Below are positions 29,792 to 39,537 of a stretch of DNA of 51,197 bases, piece after piece (position 1 is the first letter of the stretch; the number at the start of each line of letters is the position of its first letter). The notes beneath the pieces are model-generated. The model had not been told where the DNA came from. It saw nothing but the letters and a program-made list of their open reading frames with translations, and did no database searches. The translations under genes were made by a program, and so were the position numbers. The DNA lies in NCBI GenBank assembly GCA_018818205.1, contig JAHISJ010000007.1:1-51197 (forward strand), in the 5' to 3' direction. This DNA comes from Patescibacteria group bacterium. Lineage in GTDB: Bacteria; Patescibacteriota; JABMPQ01; JAHIRA01.

Positions 29792-30427
29792 TCAGGAAAT
29801 CGACCTGAAGTAGACGCCAATACCTATGATCTGAACCATGAGGTATGACCATTTGAATGTAGTGAGTCCAGAGCGAGTATAATAAATACCAGGAACATAT
29901 CTAATCCCCGTTTCAACTTTTATTCCAATAGTTGTTCCTGCAAAGAGAGGGTTAATACTCAGATTAATTCCCAAAGGAAACCCAACTAGCACACGCTTGG
30001 GTGAATCTTGAATGTCATGAAAATAAGTGATAAAGCCAGCAGTGAGATTGACATGAAGGTTAAGTAGAGGGGGTATATACCATACCGTATACTTGGCATC
30101 ACCACCAAGAATAGTGTGAAACCCTCGTTTGGATGATCCGCCAAATCCAACGTACCCTTCCATGCTAAAATCAGTTTTGGTGAAAACAAAGCCACCAACC
30201 ATACGGGCAAACCACCCGTCACGGTACTTTTGAGCTATGTCACCAATCCATACAAAGTCAACTTCAGGATACGCAAGATACGTAAATTGTGGAACTTGTG
30301 TGCTTCCCCCATAACCAACTTGGTTGTAAATCGGACTTTTTGTCCATGTGAATAGCTTGTCTGCGTGCGCAAATGAGGGTAGTAATGTGAGTAAAAAAAT
30401 TAAAAGGATGATATAGGTTCTTTTCAC
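29792..30427 (-). CDS. Secreted protein with beta-barrel-like sequence pattern
   Basis: Sec signal ending AHA; G/aromatic-rich alternating segments; C-terminal IGIGVYF; GAGGAGG SD before GTG. Confidence 0.7.
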   Translation of the reverse strand: MKRTYIILLIFLLTLLPSFAHADKLFTWTKSPIYNQVGYGGSTQVPQFTYLAYPEVDFVWIGDIAQKYRDGWFARMVGGFVFTKTDFSMEGYVGFGGSSKRGFHTILGGDAKYTVWYIPPLLNLHVNLTAGFITYFHDIQDSPKRVLVGFPLGINLSINPLFAGTTIGIKVETGIRYVPGIYYTRSGLTTFKWSYLMVQIIGIGVYFRSIS

Positions 30428-30466
30428 GATTCCTCCTCATATTTTAGCCATAGTACAAAGCGTACT

Positions 30467-30495
30467 ATTATAGTATAGATCTATAGTATTGTCAA
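30467..30495 (-). promoter_or_regulatory. Perfect-consensus sigma70 promoter with a palindrome in the spacer
   Basis: TTGACA-17 nt-TATAAT; TATAGATCTATA palindrome at 30474-30485. Confidence 0.8.
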
Positions 30496-30587
30496 CTTTT
30501 TTTTGTTTTTTTGTATTGGAAAAAGCCATCAACCAACTAAATGGGTCAATGGCCTGCTAGTGTTTTAGGGTGTTATACTAATACGGT

Positions 30588-30992
30588 TTAAGCGAGAAGA
30601 GCAAAGTTTGCTTTGAGCTCTTCCATGTCAATGTCAACGCAGATGATAAGGCCTGCAACATTAGTAAGGACGAATTCACCACCCGAAGTGCTCATAACAT
30701 ACCACTTTTCAGGATCAAACATATCTTCAATGACTGTATCAACGAGTGTACAAAGGCTATTCACAGGATTGTGCAGTAATTTCTGGCAAAATTCCTTTGA
30801 AAGTTTAGAGAGCGAGGGATGTTTAATATCGGGAAAGAAAATTTCAGCTTCCTGTTGAACTTCAAATACCACTTCAATGATAGGTAGATCGCTTTGCGGG
30901 ATCTCAATAACAAGGGTGAAGTGCAAAACAATAAATTTTCCGAATTTGTAGGTAATAATATTGTCCACGAGGGACAGGTTTACTTTAGTCAA
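30588..30992 (-). CDS. Hypothetical protein
   Basis: TTG start at 30992 after TAGGAGGAATT; own promoter; downstream hairpin GCCAT...ATGGC. Confidence 0.65.
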   Translation of the reverse strand: MTKVNLSLVDNIITYKFGKFIVLHFTLVIEIPQSDLPIIEVVFEVQQEAEIFFPDIKHPSLSKLSKEFCQKLLHNPVNSLCTLVDTVIEDMFDPEKWYVMSTSGGEFVLTNVAGLIICVDIDMEELKANFALLA

Positions 30993-31029
30993 AATTCCTC
31001 CTAAAAAATAAAAAAACAACTAGCAAAGC

Positions 31030-31058
31030 AGTATATATGTTTGTTGTCTTTTTGTCAA
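31030..31058 (-). promoter_or_regulatory. Sigma70 promoter
   Basis: TTGACA-17 nt-TATACT. Confidence 0.7.
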
Positions 31059-31076
31059 GCCCCCATTTGCGCAATA

Positions 31077-33248
31077 CTACATCTTCCACTCAGGAAGAGT
31101 TTTGTCTTTTTCTCCAGAAGCAAGAAGCAAGCCCCTGTTTACATTATACTCTCTTTTATTTCTTTCTGCTTCTATATCTAGCTTAGCAATTTCTTTTTGG
31201 AACTGACTTTTGAGATTTTCAAGAATCTCTGTTACTTCTCGTGGAGTTCTTGTTTCACCATATACTTCTTTAGGAAGGCTTTCATCTTCGAGTGTTGTTT
31301 TTTGTTTTCCGTGAAGCAGTACGTCAACTTCTAGACTGTCTAGGTGGCCAGATCTAAAGAGAGTGTTAATTGCGTTTGTGTAGCGCTCGTATTGCTCTTT
31401 CCATACGGGGTCTGCTTCTCTTTCTGCATGAGCCTCAACATCCTTTCTTCCAAATCCTCCAAAGCCTTTTTCAACATTTTTTCTAAAAAGCCTATCGTAT
31501 GTTCTTCTCATGACACCAGAAACGGATGACGAATTAAAATAGTCATTGCCTTGTATCTCAAAGATGGTGAGAACATTGTTAAGATCAGTATTTATAGTCT
31601 CGATTTCTTTGTCTGCCTCTCTAGCCTCTTTTTTTGCACGTTCCATTTTTTCTCGGAGCGTAATGTTTTGTTCTTGCGTTAACGTGGGTATGGTCTCAAT
31701 TGCTTGCAGTGCATCTTCTTCAGAAAAGCCAACGTCTAGCAGTCTTACTGCCATTTCTCCAGGAGTGATTTTTTCTGCCCGTTCCAGTTCTTGTAGTTGC
31801 AGCGAAGCTTCAATAAAGCGTTTTTTGTCATAGAGATCAATCATAAGCCCTTCAAAGAGTGCTTTTTCTACCTCCTCACATTTTTCATGGACTAAAAGGT
31901 CAAAAGGATAATCAGAAAGTTCTATAACATCGACGCGGTCGTGTACTAGCTTTTCAATTTCTGTATCAATGATGCGAAGTTGATTTTTTGGAGCGAGATC
32001 TTCAATGATAAACAATGCTCGTTCAACTCTGTCATTTGCATCATAGAGAATTGAATCAAGTTCTTCAGTAATGTCTTCCTTAATTTTGACTATTTCTGAA
32101 TCTGCATAATCTATTTCCTTGCTTTCTTCTCTGTATCTTTTTCTTATTGCTAAATATTCCTTTGCTTTTTCTGCAGTAAAGGTGCTGTAATAATTATGTT
32201 TAAACTCTCGTGAAAGGTGGAGTGCTTGTTCTAATTTTATTTTATACTGTTCTTTAAGGGGGTCATCACTTGCTACGCGTTCGTATTGACTTAAGAAGTT
32301 GACATACTGATTATAATAATGGTCGGAAAGGGTAAGGTCGTCTTCTGGAGCAGATTGTTCTGAATCTTGCTCTGTTTCTTGGGTTTCTGTATCTTCTCCA
32401 GTCTCTGGTGTTTCTTGCTCTTGTTGCTCTGCTAAATCAGGTACATCTTCTGGTGTGTCGATTTGCTCTTTGCGGGATAGTATCGGATCATCAATAGAAA
32501 GGGGAATAGCTGGTGCAATGAAATTCTCATCCAAAATCTGCGCTTCTGCCATGGCGGGGAAATCATCTCGGTAAATACGCATAGCTTCTTTTGCTCTCAT
32601 AATAAGATCGGCCGTATCGTACCATTCGGGTGATCCCTTTTCAAACTCATCTAACTTTGTGCGTGCCTCTTTTGCAATTTCCAAAATATCGAGCCACGCT
32701 GAATATGATGCCTCAACTTTTCTAAGAGGTTCAACGAGTGCGCCGGAACTGGCTTTTTCTTCAAAATCACCAATAATTGTGTTGAGCTTTTGAGCAATTT
32801 CTTGTCCGTATTCTGTGTGTTCGATAGTGCTTTCTTGGGTAGATTCTGGAACTTCAGGAGCAGTCACTTCGAGTTCAGGTGATGCAGGCTTAGCAGGTTC
32901 GGTCACTAGTGTTTCAGGAGGAGACTCGGCTAGTGGAGCATTCTCGGGTGCCGTAGGCGATGTTACTTTTTTTTGGCTTAAGGTGTGTTTTTTCGATTTC
33001 TTACTTTGTTTTGGTGTTGGCTCAGCTTCGTCAACACTGTATTTTTCACGTATTCGAGCTCTCTTCACTTCTCTTCCTGTTGCTCCTTTTCTTTCAGGCC
33101 GGGCAGTGGAATTTTCCTTTTGCTCCTGCCTTTTTCTCTTTTTTGCATCTCGTTGTTCTTTTATTCGTTGCTTATAGCTTTTCTCCTGAGGTTCAGCTTC
33201 TGGTTCGTGAGACGGTTCAAATCCTTGTTGTTCATCTACACCAGACAT
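31077..33248 (-). CDS. Large acidic hypothetical protein, disordered N-terminus and helical/coiled-coil body
   Basis: 723-aa ORF, E/K/P-rich; no recognisable motif. Confidence 0.8.
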   Translation of the reverse strand: MSGVDEQQGFEPSHEPEAEPQEKSYKQRIKEQRDAKKRKRQEQKENSTARPERKGATGREVKRARIREKYSVDEAEPTPKQSKKSKKHTLSQKKVTSPTAPENAPLAESPPETLVTEPAKPASPELEVTAPEVPESTQESTIEHTEYGQEIAQKLNTIIGDFEEKASSGALVEPLRKVEASYSAWLDILEIAKEARTKLDEFEKGSPEWYDTADLIMRAKEAMRIYRDDFPAMAEAQILDENFIAPAIPLSIDDPILSRKEQIDTPEDVPDLAEQQEQETPETGEDTETQETEQDSEQSAPEDDLTLSDHYYNQYVNFLSQYERVASDDPLKEQYKIKLEQALHLSREFKHNYYSTFTAEKAKEYLAIRKRYREESKEIDYADSEIVKIKEDITEELDSILYDANDRVERALFIIEDLAPKNQLRIIDTEIEKLVHDRVDVIELSDYPFDLLVHEKCEEVEKALFEGLMIDLYDKKRFIEASLQLQELERAEKITPGEMAVRLLDVGFSEEDALQAIETIPTLTQEQNITLREKMERAKKEAREADKEIETINTDLNNVLTIFEIQGNDYFNSSSVSGVMRRTYDRLFRKNVEKGFGGFGRKDVEAHAEREADPVWKEQYERYTNAINTLFRSGHLDSLEVDVLLHGKQKTTLEDESLPKEVYGETRTPREVTEILENLKSQFQKEIAKLDIEAERNKREYNVNRGLLLASGEKDKTLPEWKM

Positions 33249-33323
33249 ACGCTTGAAGTTATGATATTATTTATTATCATTATATCACAGTGTCTCAGTT
33301 TCTAAAAAAAATATGTTTTTGAC

Positions 33324-33387
33324 TTGCACCGTTTCAAATTAAGTGGTACATTAATCCTACCCATAGAGTACTGATATGGGTAGGATT
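33324..33387 (+). promoter_or_regulatory. rpsF promoter with a 13-bp inverted repeat at the predicted start site
   Basis: TTGCAC-17-TACATT (33324-33352); AATCCTACCCATA-9 nt-TATGGGTAGGATT (33353-33387). Confidence 0.55.
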
Positions 33388-33414
33388 TTAGGTTGAATAA
33401 TATAAAACACTCGG

Positions 33415-34113
33415 ATGAAATACGAATTAGTTTACATTTTAACTCCTAAACTGTCAGAAGAAGATGCAAAAGCAGAAGCGGACGCACTTCTAAAGAAAAT
33501 GGAAGAAAAGGGCGTAAATAGTGAGCGTCAAGATTTTTGGGGTAGGAGAAAACTTGCATATGAGATAAATCATCTTGATCATGGCTATTATGTGTTATCT
33601 GTATTTGAGTCTGCTCCAAGCGTGCCCGGCGAGATTGAGCATATGCTTCAAATTGAAAAAAATGTGCTGAGAAGTCTCATTGTTCAGTATGAAAAAGAAG
33701 CACAAGGAACACCAACTGATGAAGTAAAAGAAGAGCAAAAAGAGGGTGAAGAGAAAGAGGAGTCTAAGGAAGAAAAGACTGATAAAGAGAAAAAGGAAAC
33801 TGCAAAAGAACCTCAAAAGAAAGAAGAGCCAAAGCAAGAGGAACTAGAGAAAGAAGAAGAAACTACTGAAGAAAAAGGTGAATCATCGGAAGAGGAACCA
33901 AAAGAAGAGAAGGAAGAGAAAGAAAAATCAGTTGTGAAGCCAGTAAAAGAAGAGGAAGTAGAGGAAAAAAGCGAAGAAAAGAAAGAGTCGGAAGAGAAGA
34001 CAGAAAAAACTGAAGAACCGGAAAAGAAGAAGAAAAATGAGGAAAAGAAGTCAAAAGACGAATTAGAAATAGATATTGATAAGCGTCTTGATGACATTTT
34101 GGATAAGATTTAG
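33415..34113 (+). CDS. rpsF: 30S ribosomal protein S6 with long E/K-rich C-terminal extension
   Basis: MKYELVYIL.P, WGRRKLAYEI, GYY, VLRSLIV; rpsF-ssb-rpsR order. Confidence 0.96.
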   Translation: MKYELVYILTPKLSEEDAKAEADALLKKMEEKGVNSERQDFWGRRKLAYEINHLDHGYYVLSVFESAPSVPGEIEHMLQIEKNVLRSLIVQYEKEAQGTPTDEVKEEQKEGEEKEESKEEKTDKEKKETAKEPQKKEEPKQEELEKEEETTEEKGESSEEEPKEEKEEKEKSVVKPVKEEEVEEKSEEKKESEEKTEKTEEPEKKKKNEEKKSKDELEIDIDKRLDDILDKI

Positions 34114-34174
34114 GGAAGAGCGGGGAATAGTAATTTAATGTTCCTGCAGGGAAACGCAGGATAATCAGAAAACT

Positions 34175-34648
34175 ATGGATCTAAATAAAGCGATGGTTAT
34201 AGGGAGACTCACCAGAGATCCCGAATCACGCACAACCCCGTCCGGTCAAACAGTGACCAACTTTTCAGTCGCAACGAACTTCAAATGGACTGATCAAAGT
34301 GGGCAAAAGCAAGAGCGAGTTGAGTATCATGACGTAGTAGCCTGGCGAAAGCTTGCTGAGATCTGCGCTCAGTATCTTGAAAAGGGACGACGCGTGTATG
34401 TTGAGGGAAGACTCCAGACACGTGATTGGGAAGGACAAGATGGCGTAAAACGATACAGAACAGAGATCGTTACTGATAATATGATTATGCTTGATGGCGG
34501 AGGCGGTCAAGGGTCAGGTCAAAGTAAAGGTGAGCCTGCTCCTGCAATAGAAAACAAGCCGCAAGAGACACCAAAGAAAGATGATGCGCCAAAACCTGCA
34601 TCAAATACCTCTGAAGAAGAGGTAAGTATTGAAGATATACCTTTTTAA
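34175..34648 (+). CDS. ssb: Single-stranded DNA-binding protein
   Basis: [26 protein letters not shown]-terminal EDIPF. Confidence 0.98.
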   Translation: MDLNKAMVIGRLTRDPESRTTPSGQTVTNFSVATNFKWTDQSGQKQERVEYHDVVAWRKLAEICAQYLEKGRRVYVEGRLQTRDWEGQDGVKRYRTEIVTDNMIMLDGGGGQGSGQSKGEPAPAIENKPQETPKKDDAPKPASNTSEEEVSIEDIPF

Positions 34649-34661
34649 CCTAAAGATACGT

Positions 34662-34880
34662 ATGGCAAACGGATTTAAAAAAAGACAATGCTATTTCTGT
34701 GCCGAGAATATTAAGTGTATTGACTACAAAGATGTTAATTTACTTGAGCGATATCTCTCACAGTACGGTAAGATTGTCTGCAAAAGAAGAACAGGTACGT
34801 GTGCACGGCATCAACGAATGCTTGCCAAAGCAATGAAACGAGCGCGGCACATTGCACTTTTGCCTTTTGTGGTAAGATAG
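34662..34880 (+). CDS. rpsR: 30S ribosomal protein S18 (Zn-binding type)
   Basis: [27 protein letters not shown]. Confidence 0.97.
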   Translation: MANGFKKRQCYFCAENIKCIDYKDVNLLERYLSQYGKIVCKRRTGTCARHQRMLAKAMKRARHIALLPFVVR

Positions 34881-34901
34881 TATCGTTTAAAGCACTATTA
34901 A

Positions 34902-34930
34902 AAACGCCCATGCAAGTTGCATGGGCGTTT
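34902..34930 (+). terminator. Terminator / perfect 14-bp inverted repeat
   Basis: AAACGCCCATGCAA-G-TTGCATGGGCGTTT. Confidence 0.7.
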
Positions 34931-35013
34931 GTTGTGCGTAAGGGTGGATTGAACATGAAAGCTATAAATGGTACAGTAGTAACGATCAAAGAATCAAAAT
35001 TAACAGTATAACA

Positions 35014-36402
35014 ATGACCGATATAAACAAATCGATTTTTAGAGAGTATGATATTAGAGGTATCGTAGGAAGTGATCTTACTGAGGAAAATGTTGAGGTA
35101 CTCGGGAAAGCGCTTGGTACGTACTTTAAGGGAAAAGAGGAAGGTACGGTTGTAGTTGGTAGAGATAATAGACTCTCATCAGAAAGCTACGCAACGGCGT
35201 TAAATAAAGGCCTTAAAAGCACCGGAATGACGGTGATTGATATCGGGCTTGTTGTGACACCCATGTGCTACTATGCAGCAAAGATGAAGGAAGCTGCTGG
35301 CGTTATGATCACTGCGTCACATAATCCAAAAGAGTACAACGGGTTTAAAATTCAAACGAGCACTGATTCAGTATGTGGTGATGAACTGCAAAAAGTGTAT
35401 GAGATTATGGTATCTGGCGAATATGCTGAAGGTGAGGGTATGATTGAACTGTGGGACGTGGTGCCAGAATATTATGCCATGCTCAAAGACAAGATTACGC
35501 TTGAAAGGCCGCTAAAAGTGGTCATTGATTGTGGCAATGGAACGGCATCTCTCTTTGCCCAAGATATTTTAGAAGCATGGGGGTGCGAGGTTGTCTCGCA
35601 GTACTGTGAATCGGATGGTAATTTCCCACACCACACTCCAGACCCCGTAAAAGTAGAGAATGCAAAGATCTTAGCTGAGAAGGTGCGTGAAGAAAATGCA
35701 GACCTTGGGATTGGGTTTGATGGGGACGGAGACCGGCTTGGCGTTGTTGATGAAAAAGGAACTATGATTTATGGTGATGTGTTAATGGTCCTGTTTTATG
35801 ATGAAATCCTTAAAGATAATGAAGGCATGACGTGTTTAATTGAGGTAAAATGTTCTGAAGCGCTCTACAAGGAGTGTGAAAAAAGAGGCGGTGTGCCAGA
35901 ATTTTCACGCACGGGGCACTCACTTATTAAGGCGCGCATGAAGGAAACGGGGTCTCGCTTTGCTGGTGAGATGTCGGGCCATATGTTTTTTGCTGATGAA
36001 TACTATGGATTTGACGATGCATTCTATGCAGCGGGAAGACTCCTGAGGATTCTTGCCGGGAGTGGCGGGACATTTTCTGAGTTACTCTCGGACGTCCCTG
36101 CATATGTATCTACTCCTGAAGTACGGGTGAAAACAACGGATGATGACAAGTTTACTATAGTGTCTGACGTGCAGGACTATTTTAAGAATGACTACGATGT
36201 GGTTGATGTTGATGGTGCACGTATTAATTTCCCCTTTGGTGGATGGGGTCTGGTGCGGGCTTCAAATACCCAGCCGGTACTTGTGGTAAGGGCGGAAGCC
36301 AAAAATGAGGAAGACCTTGAGAAAATAAAATCGATACTTGAAGAAAAGTTAACTACCTATGAATCTATAGACCATATTGATTGGACGGGTAGCGAGGAGT
36401 AA
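35014..36402 (+). CDS. Phosphomannomutase/phosphoglucomutase
   Basis: IFREYDIRG, TASHNP, DGDGDR, GEMSGH, VRASNTQP. Confidence 0.95.
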   Translation: MTDINKSIFREYDIRGIVGSDLTEENVEVLGKALGTYFKGKEEGTVVVGRDNRLSSESYATALNKGLKSTGMTVIDIGLVVTPMCYYAAKMKEAAGVMITASHNPKEYNGFKIQTSTDSVCGDELQKVYEIMVSGEYAEGEGMIELWDVVPEYYAMLKDKITLERPLKVVIDCGNGTASLFAQDILEAWGCEVVSQYCESDGNFPHHTPDPVKVENAKILAEKVREENADLGIGFDGDGDRLGVVDEKGTMIYGDVLMVLFYDEILKDNEGMTCLIEVKCSEALYKECEKRGGVPEFSRTGHSLIKARMKETGSRFAGEMSGHMFFADEYYGFDDAFYAAGRLLRILAGSGGTFSELLSDVPAYVSTPEVRVKTTDDDKFTIVSDVQDYFKNDYDVVDVDGARINFPFGGWGLVRASNTQPVLVVRAEAKNEEDLEKIKSILEEKLTTYESIDHIDWTGSEE

Positions 36403-36406
36403 CTAT

Positions 36407-37198
36407 ATGAACCTTCATGAACAACTTGTTGTTGCAAAGGATGCAGCAACAAAAGCAGGAGATATTCAGATTCAGCATTTTGGAAAGAAGCATGATATAA
36501 CGTACAAAGGGAGCAATGACTTTGTTACCAATGTAGATTTATTGTGCGAAGAGGCTATTATTGATCGAATTCATGAGACAAATCCTGACCATGTAGTACT
36601 TTCAGAAGAAAAGGGGAAAGGGAATGGATCGTCACGGTATTTGTGGGTCGTGGATCCACTGGATGGAACAGTGAATTATGAACACGGGTTCCCCTATTTT
36701 TGTACAATAGTATCTCTTTTTGACAAAGAAACAGAAGATATTTTGGTTGGGGTAGTGTATAATCCTCTCGAAGATGTTATGTATTGGGCGATAAAAGGAG
36801 AAGGCGCATATAAAGGGGATAAAAAGGTTCGAGTAAGCACTAGAAAGGATCTTGCGCAGAGCTTCTTAACGTTTGGATCCTTTTACGTAACGAGAGGGCC
36901 TATAGAGAGTCCGTATAAGAGTCAAAACGAGTCAGCCGATTTTAGAGATGCTTTTTTACGCACGCGTGTTATTGGTTCTGCGGGGCTTGATTTAGCGCAT
37001 ATTGCAGAAGGTGTTGCGGATGTACATATTAGTTTTGGAGCAAAGCCATGGGATATATTTGGTTCGTCTCTTCTTGTAACTGAAGCGGGAGGAAGTGTAG
37101 TGGATGAGCAAGGGGGAAAGATAACCCTTGCTAGTAAAGGAATCATTGCAACGGGAGAAGACTTGATTGACGATGTGTTATCGCTTCTAAAAAAGTAA
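36407..37198 (+). CDS. Inositol monophosphatase family protein (intact motifs)
   Basis: LSEE, WVVDPLDGTVNY, GSAGLD, PWD. Confidence 0.92.
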   Translation: MNLHEQLVVAKDAATKAGDIQIQHFGKKHDITYKGSNDFVTNVDLLCEEAIIDRIHETNPDHVVLSEEKGKGNGSSRYLWVVDPLDGTVNYEHGFPYFCTIVSLFDKETEDILVGVVYNPLEDVMYWAIKGEGAYKGDKKVRVSTRKDLAQSFLTFGSFYVTRGPIESPYKSQNESADFRDAFLRTRVIGSAGLDLAHIAEGVADVHISFGAKPWDIFGSSLLVTEAGGSVVDEQGGKITLASKGIIATGEDLIDDVLSLLKK

Positions 37199-37202
37199 GC
37201 AT

Positions 37203-38771
37203 ATGAAAAAACCGGTAGTACTTGCCATTCTTGATGGATGGGGTATTGGTGATGACTGGGAACACAATCCCATTTTTTTAGCTAAAACGCCTGTTATTGA
37301 CGATTTGTTTTCACATTTCAAAAGCACTCAAATTGGTGCGTCGGGAACAAAGGTAGGACTGACCATAGGACACCAGGGTTCTTCTGAAATTGGTCATTTA
37401 ATTATGGGAGCGGGAAGAAACGTATTACTTCCTCAGACTATGGTTAAGACGGCGGTTGAGTCAGGCAATTTATTCAAAAATCCCGCGTATAAAAAGGCAT
37501 TTGAGAATGCAAAGATGAACAAATCTAGTGTTCATATGATTGGACTTCTTTCTGACAAGGGCGTGCATGCGTACGACACCTTTTGCCACGCGCTTCTAAA
37601 AATGGCAGTAAAGGAAGGTCTTGCAGATTCGGTATATGTACACGTGTTTGCCGATGGTCGTGACGTTGCACCAAAATCAGTTGAAGAATTTTTGAGAAGA
37701 CTTGATCAAAAGAAAGAAGAGTTGGGAATAAAAAGACCAATCGTTGCATCAGTGATGGGGCGGTACTTTGCGATGGATAGAGATCATAGATGGGAGCGGA
37801 CAGAAAAAGCGTTTAAGACGCTCGTGCATGGCAGAGCCGATTTTGAAGCACATGACGCGTTTGATGCAGTAAAAAAAGCATACAAACGAGGTGAAACCGA
37901 TGAATTTATTAGGCCGACGATTGTTCTAAATGAAAAACAAAAACCTCTCGCAGAAATAAAAAAGCACGATTCGGTAATTCATTTTAACTACCGTGTTGAT
38001 AGAGCGATTCAATTGAGCCAGGCATTTGTTGAAAAGAACTTTGAAGGGTTCCCAAGGGAAGAAGGGATCTCGGAAGTAACATTTGTTGCAACGACAAAAT
38101 ACTATGAAGGAATGGACGCTCCTGTGGCGTTTAATCGGCCAGTAGTCAAAAATACACTTGGTGAGGTGTTAAGTAATCACCAAAAAACACAACTCAGAAT
38201 TTCTGAGACGGAAAAGTGGGTGTACTTAACGACAATCTTTAATGGCATACACGAGGTAACATTTGAAGGAGAAGAGCGGGTATTGATTCCCTCTGATAAA
38301 GTTGCAACGTATGATCTGGCACCTCAGATGCAAGCACAAAAAATTGCTAATACGGTAATAAAAAAACTTGATGAGGATCGTTTTGATGCAGTGTTTATGA
38401 ACCTTGCAAATCCAGACATGCTTGGCCATACGGGTAAAAAAGAAGCGATTATTAAAGGTATTGAAGCGGTAGATGAAGCATTGGGCAGGGTAGTGCATGA
38501 GACTTTGCAAAGAGAAGGAACCGTATTTATTACTGCTGACCATGGTGATGCAGAGCTTTGCTTTGATGAAGAGTCGGGTCAGCCCCATACGTCACACACC
38601 ACTGCTGATGTCCCCTTTATTTTTGCAACAAAGGACGTACGGTTTAGCAATGCGTCACTCAGACCAAATGGCATTTTGGCGGACATTGCACCGACGTTTT
38701 TGGATGTAATGGATCTTCCTGTTCCAAAAGAGATGACGGGAAAGACACTGATAACACGGAAAAATGAATGA
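37203..38771 (+). CDS. gpmI: 2,3-bisphosphoglycerate-independent phosphoglycerate mutase
   Basis: ILDGWG, GSSEIGH, GRYFAMDRD, ANPDMLGHTG, TADHG. Confidence 0.95.
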   Translation: MKKPVVLAILDGWGIGDDWEHNPIFLAKTPVIDDLFSHFKSTQIGASGTKVGLTIGHQGSSEIGHLIMGAGRNVLLPQTMVKTAVESGNLFKNPAYKKAFENAKMNKSSVHMIGLLSDKGVHAYDTFCHALLKMAVKEGLADSVYVHVFADGRDVAPKSVEEFLRRLDQKKEELGIKRPIVASVMGRYFAMDRDHRWERTEKAFKTLVHGRADFEAHDAFDAVKKAYKRGETDEFIRPTIVLNEKQKPLAEIKKHDSVIHFNYRVDRAIQLSQAFVEKNFEGFPREEGISEVTFVATTKYYEGMDAPVAFNRPVVKNTLGEVLSNHQKTQLRISETEKWVYLTTIFNGIHEVTFEGEERVLIPSDKVATYDLAPQMQAQKIANTVIKKLDEDRFDAVFMNLANPDMLGHTGKKEAIIKGIEAVDEALGRVVHETLQREGTVFITADHGDAELCFDEESGQPHTSHTTADVPFIFATKDVRFSNASLRPNGILADIAPTFLDVMDLPVPKEMTGKTLITRKNE

Positions 38772-39537
38772 GCTTTTTCTAGAGATAGGGGAAAGAGCGG
38801 TACGAGAGGCGGGGAGTATTCTTATTAAGCGCTATGGAAAGGAAGTTTCAGTCAAAACAAAAAAAGATGGTACACAAGTATCCAAACTAGATATTCTTTC
38901 TGAGCAGAGTATTATTCGGACACTTACAGAAAGCGATATGGGTTTTTCTATTAGAGGAGAGGAGACTAATGCAATCCATAGCGGCAGTGATTATACCTGG
39001 ATTATTGATCCACTTTCAAACACCAAAGGATATTTACAAAAAAATGGTGACTTTGCAATTAGCCTAGCACTTCTTGATAAAACAGGAGTGTTTTTAGGGT
39101 TTGTGTTTGATCCGATGCATGATGATTTGTATATCGCTCAACGAAATTCCGGATCATTTTTAAATAAGGAGAAAATTCAGACAGTAAAAAAACGGCAAAA
39201 AAATCCATCAGTTTTCATTAACCGTTGGTGTAAAGAGTCATTTCCTGATATGATGAAATTAACAAGCGACGTGACTGTTTTAAGCGATTCGATAGCACTT
39301 GCAATGTGTAGAAATAGTACTTCCAATAAGCCGCACACTCTTGTGCTTTATAGCGATGTATTTAGTACAGCAGCAGCTTCACTTTTCTTAAAAGAGACAG
39401 GGTGCGTTTGCACTGATATGCAGGGCAACGAACTCGATTTTAATGGTATGTCTTCAAAAAAGGAGTATGGCATTATCTGTTCTGCTGACAAAATGTTTCA
39501 TGCGCATATTATGAAAACAATAACCAACTTTTTATGA
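38764..39537 (+). CDS. Inositol monophosphatase family protein, degenerate active site
   Basis: RGEE retained, WIIDPLSNT instead of DPLDGT; WD motif absent. Confidence 0.8.
   Translation: MNELFLEIGERAVREAGSILIKRYGKEVSVKTKKDGTQVSKLDILSEQSIIRTLTESDMGFSIRGEETNAIHSGSDYTWIIDPLSNTKGYLQKNGDFAISLALLDKTGVFLGFVFDPMHDDLYIAQRNSGSFLNKEKIQTVKKRQKNPSVFINRWCKESFPDMMKLTSDVTVLSDSIALAMCRNSTSNKPHTLVLYSDVFSTAAASLFLKETGCVCTDMQGNELDFNGMSSKKEYGIICSADKMFHAHIMKTITNFL

Noticed and set aside
19570-30571. Shared 12-mer GTGTTTTAGGGT downstream of two ORFans, and a 14-mer AGCCATAGTACAAA near 5343 and 30446
   Set aside because: Short matches of this length are expected by chance in a 51-kb AT-rich window, and their positions or orientations relative to the genes are inconsistent.
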